In this document: positions 59,995 through 64,000 of the stretch, piece by piece | How the letters are laid out: the number at the start of each line of letters is the position of its first letter | Numbering within the stretch: position 1 is the stretch's first letter | Assembly: GCA_002269645.1 (NCBI GenBank) | Contig: NIVC01001141.1 | Coordinates: forward strand, 124,001 to 188,000 | Length of the DNA stretch: 64,000 nt | Direction: 5' to 3' | From: Macrostomum lignano | Taxonomy: Eukaryota | Position numbers and translations under genes: made by a program | Notes under the pieces: model-generated | The model's input: the letters and a program-made list of their open reading frames with translations, nothing else | Databases searched by the model: none | What the model was told of the DNA's origin: nothing

Positions 59995-60944
59995 GGGAAG
60001 CCATGAGTTGCCAGCGACTTCAGACTTGGCTGAACTGGGCTTAGATTGGGTTTTCATACAGTCCGCCATGGCAACACTTTGATGCGTAGATCATTTCTGT
60101 AAACTTCGAATATCCCGGTTGCCATGGCGAACTTCAGCTAACTAGCAAGATGGATTGATTTCCAACAATAGACTCTGCTTTGACCACCTGGTTTGCGCCT
60201 TGGTTTGCATGGCAATATCAGCAATATTGTGACCGTAGTGTTCTGGACTAGCAGGACCATCTGAGAGCGGTTCAGCACTCTCTTACCGTGTTAATTTGCT
60301 TCAGTGTTCGATGCTTTTACTAAAGAAACTCGGGGTTCAGAATGGAACTCTGTGTGTTTGCTAGTTACCAGCCTCATTCTTTAAACCTTCCGTGACTTTT
60401 ATTTGCTTCATTCTTTGTCCGTTACATTGAGTTCTAATTAATACTCTGGCCAGCAGTCTGGCAGCCTTAGGGCACCTCGGCTGGCGCGGGTCGATCGATG
60501 CCTCCCCCCAGCAAGTCTCAGCTCCCGCCCGCTGGTCGGACAAAATCGATTTCTGGGCCTCATGGAAACGGGCAGAAAACTTCATCAGCTGCCACTAAAA
60601 ATTGATCGCGCCCCTTCGATCGATTCTTCAGAAAGGCCAGCGTTTTTAGATAGCGGATACAGACGTGTGGCTCCATTTGGCCTGTTTCAAAAACATTTTC
60701 AGCAACATAGGAACATTGAGATGGCTACAATAGATTACTATCGTCAGCTGCAATGAGCTTGAGTGTAAGGAAAGTCTTCACGAGTCTCTTGGCGAAATTC
60801 AATGCAGTCATTTTATCATCATCCAGCACTGGCAAGCACATTATTCATATTTTGCAAGCACATTATCACTTAGCCGAATGACATTTATTATACGAGCAAC
60901 GGAAATAACATAAATTTCAATTTGTCATCGTGACGAGTTCGCCA

Positions 60945-61795
60945 TTACTTGTCAAAGTCAGAGCCCTCGTCACGCAGCTTTTGCTGCACAGCCCGGAAGA
61001 ACTGCTCTCCGTCGCGCTCGGCAAACTTAAGCATGTCCTGCTGCGCCGCCTTGGCGAAGGCCGGATCCAGCTCCTTAAGCTCGCGGCCCGTCTGCATGGC
61101 CAGCAGCTGGTACATGGCGCAGCGCTCCAAGTAGTAGGAGTAGTGGAAGGCCATGGCCGCGGTTCCCGCTAGTACCAGGTAGCCGTGGTTGGCCATCATC
61201 AGGCAGGTCTTGTCAGGTGCCAGGCAGGAAGCCAGCCGAGCGCCCTCTGAGTCCTGGACGGAGACGCCGCTGTAGTCCAGATCGTAGGCGATGCTGCTGA
61301 GAAAGTACAGGCAGTTCTGGTGCACCATGCGCAGTCGGGAGTCCTGTAGGCAGCTGAGGGCGGTGGCGTACGGACTGTGCAGGTGGAAGACCGCCTTGGC
61401 CTCGGGCCGGGCCTCGTGCAGCGGTCGGTGGATTGTGGCCGCGGACGTCTCGGCGCGACCGTTGCCCTCCACTACCCGACCTGCAGCGTCGAGGCCGACC
61501 AGGTCGGAGGCGCGCACGCGGGACCAGTGCAGGCCGTAGGGCACCAGCAGCATCAGCTCGGCTCCGGAGCCGTCAGCCGATGGCGTCATCAGGCTGAGAT
61601 GGTTGCAGATGCCCTCGTTGTAGCCCAGCTGGTCCAGGGCCCTGTAGGCTGCCGCCAGGTCCACCCTGGCTTGCCAGTTCTGCTGAGCCGCTGTTGTGGC
61701 GCACCGTTCTCGCTGAGCTGGCGGATGCCGGTGGCCACCGGCTGCAACAGCAGGCGGCACCGCGTCCAGCCGTTGCGTACTGCTGCAGTCAACAT
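60945..61795 (-). CDS. Class II aldolase/adducin-family protein with a probable mitochondrial presequence, intronless
   Basis: YNEGICNHLS, WSRVRASDL, TIHRPLH, FHLHSPYATALS, MANHG (Zn-binding His pattern); ATG at 61795 MLTAAVRNGWTRCRLLL joins the main frame via a 1-nt shift near 61701. Confidence 0.85.
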
Positions 61796-64000
61796 TTTTC
61801 ACTCGGCTTAGTATTTAACAGTCTGTCTCACCTCGGCCTAGAGAAGCTTTAATGGCATTTGTTCTTCTCTTTATATGGTAGCAAGATAAGTGTACACTGC
61901 TAACTGCTTTGTACACCCTCCGTGCAGAGATATGACACTCTACGCTCGTACACTGTTGCGAGAATATGAAAATTAGCTAATAATCTTCAAGTATGTCTGT
62001 TTATGCACCTGGCTGAGCCTATACTGTGCCCTGCTGCAGCTACAACTCTTGCACCCCCATTAGCTGACCTGCCCTTCGCCACCACGATTCTGCTATTCCA
62101 AGACAGTTTTCTGTGCAAAGTACTTTAAAGAAAAATGATGCCTTGGGCTTAGCCAATGCTACACTGTCTGCAGTCAGCCACTGTGCAGGATGCAGGATTG
62201 GATGCAGGACTACCCTTTCAAAGCAAAAGCCGTTTTGGAGTCTTTATTGTAGTTTAAAGAAGCCAGAGAGCTAAAGGGCTTGAGATCCACTTATGAATTG
62301 CGCTGAAAATTAAAGAGGACAGAAAGCAGCCGGTCGTGCTGGGCAGGAAGCTCTCAGTCCAAAGGCGATCCTTCTTTAGAAAGTTCGGCACAAAGGGAGA
62401 TCGGGATAGGGAAGGGGACAGCGCGGGCGCCCTGCTGCAGCTCACTCGACCATATCTATCGCTACGAGACAGCCGGTTGCTGTCTTATAAAAAATCTGGC
62501 AAGCAATTATAGAGCGGCCATTCCGATGGAAGACACTGCAGTGAACCTGGTAGGCATGTTTGAGGCCATAAAGCTGGATGTGGGTGGCTATTATCTTTTT
62601 ATTCCCATTTTCATTGATGGGAGAATATTGAATTCTGCATTCTCTAGGTGTTTTATTGATGCAGCATCCCAAAATAAACTCTGCCAAGCCTTGGAAGTGA
62701 AAAGTACAAAAAGATCTTCTCAATGGAGAGAGGAGGTACGGGCAGAGCACAAGCAAATTTATGCTCTGCATGCCCTAGCACTCAGCCTAGCGGAGATTCG
62801 CTTACCTGAACTATTATAATGTCCGCTGCTGCAATACCTCCGCGTGCCAAAGCTAGCATGCAGTGCTCAACAGCCCCGCTGCCGCTCATTAAGACAGAGT
62901 AGAAGCTGCTCTACTGAGCAACTGCAGGTCAGACGAACTCTGCCCAGCCGAGTCCCCGTGCCCCCCCCCCACCCTGGCCCGAGCGGCCCAGCCAGCGGAG
63001 GAAAAGGCAGTGTCTTCCGTTTCGTGAGGCAATTTCCCGTTTTCACGCGTAATGCGAAGTGACGCGCCTTCCCTCCTCTGTCGCGGGTGCGAGAGAGGGG
63101 CAGCTGAGACAGGCAGAGAAATAGGCCTCCACAGCGGCTGCAGCTGAAGGGATGATGCTTGGATTCCAGAGCCTCCAGTCCGATGCAGGAGTTAATCCGA
63201 TTGTGTGTCATAAGTTGAGAGCAGGCATCACGGGATCTCGCTGAGCTCCCTCTCGAGTTGCAGCGCCTTCAAGTCGTGCAGAATTCTTATTAGTAGATTT
63301 CTTTTGAATTCACAGTCAGTTATTTCGGCAAAAATACAAATTATAGCCCATGTCCCTCTTGAGCGAAGCCGTTGCCTTGTTTGAGTCCGGTGCTCTGAGC
63401 AGGGGGTGTCGGGTTGCTCTCGTGTTGAAGTGGCTCGCAGCTCCAGCCGGAATTCACGCCGGGAGAAAATTTTGAAGCCGCTGTGCTGCACTTTCTCTCA
63501 ACCAACGAGTCCAGAGACTCGTGAGGGGCTCAGAAATTCTCATCAGCTTTTCTGTCCCCTGAAGTTCCGCCCCATCCCCTGTGTCCCTGGGGTGAGGCCG
63601 CCGGATTAAGCTGAAATCGGGAGCAGATTAGTGACAACTTCGCCCGGGGCGGGCCGCCAGCCTCAAAGCAAATTGGGATTAACTTCATCGCGAACGCCGC
63701 TCAGGACTGCGTGATGAAGATGCAAACTTTTATAACTCGCAGGGCTGGCTAAGCATGCGGCTGACTCTATCTCGGAGCAAATTACGCCCACATCGACTCA
63801 AGGATTTTTGTAGTGTAGGAGACGTGAAAGACGGAGGAGCTCTCTGAAGGCTCTCAGCTTTAAAATGAGTTCTCATGCTCAAAAACGCTTTCTCAATGCA
63901 TGGGCGGGCAGAGCAATTTTTCGTTCCTAGAGTAGCTGCTATGATCGGAATCTCTTTGGAGAATCTCCCGCCTAAGACTGATGGGACTTTTAAAGCTGCC

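Noticed and set aside
60945-61802. ORF-track start at 61802 (MKNVDCSS...)
   Set aside because: The start codon is GTG; a real ATG at 61795 in an adjacent frame gives a plausible targeting peptide.

Overview
This is eukaryotic (metazoan) genomic DNA with GC-rich, GT-AG spliced genes separated by AT-rich spacers. Most introns longer than about 500 bp are filled by their own minisatellite. The style suggests a free-living flatworm such as Macrostomum (inference only). Genes supported by sequence: CARMIL (5' part), an orphan secreted Cys-rich protein, a WW-less gene with three tandem PCIF1/CAPAM-like N6-adenine methyltransferase domains, ferrochelatase, MRPL46, DGAT1, an ankyrin-repeat Ser/Thr kinase, a secreted PAN-like + ALK/LTK-type glycine-rich protein, a HOIP-like B-box/NZF mini-gene, glutaredoxin-3 and a class II aldolase/adducin-family protein. 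Mobile DNA: two 5'-truncated Penelope-like elements (one with an intact minimal hammerhead ribozyme), a Gypsy remnant, two copies of a 298-299 bp MITE with 8-bp TSDs, two foldback elements and a tRNA-derived SINE with a 13-bp TSD. Six single-base frameshifts in otherwise intact genes look like long-read consensus errors. Most long ORFs in the supplied track are translations of tandem repeats and are not genes. All family assignments come from remembered motifs; no database search was run.
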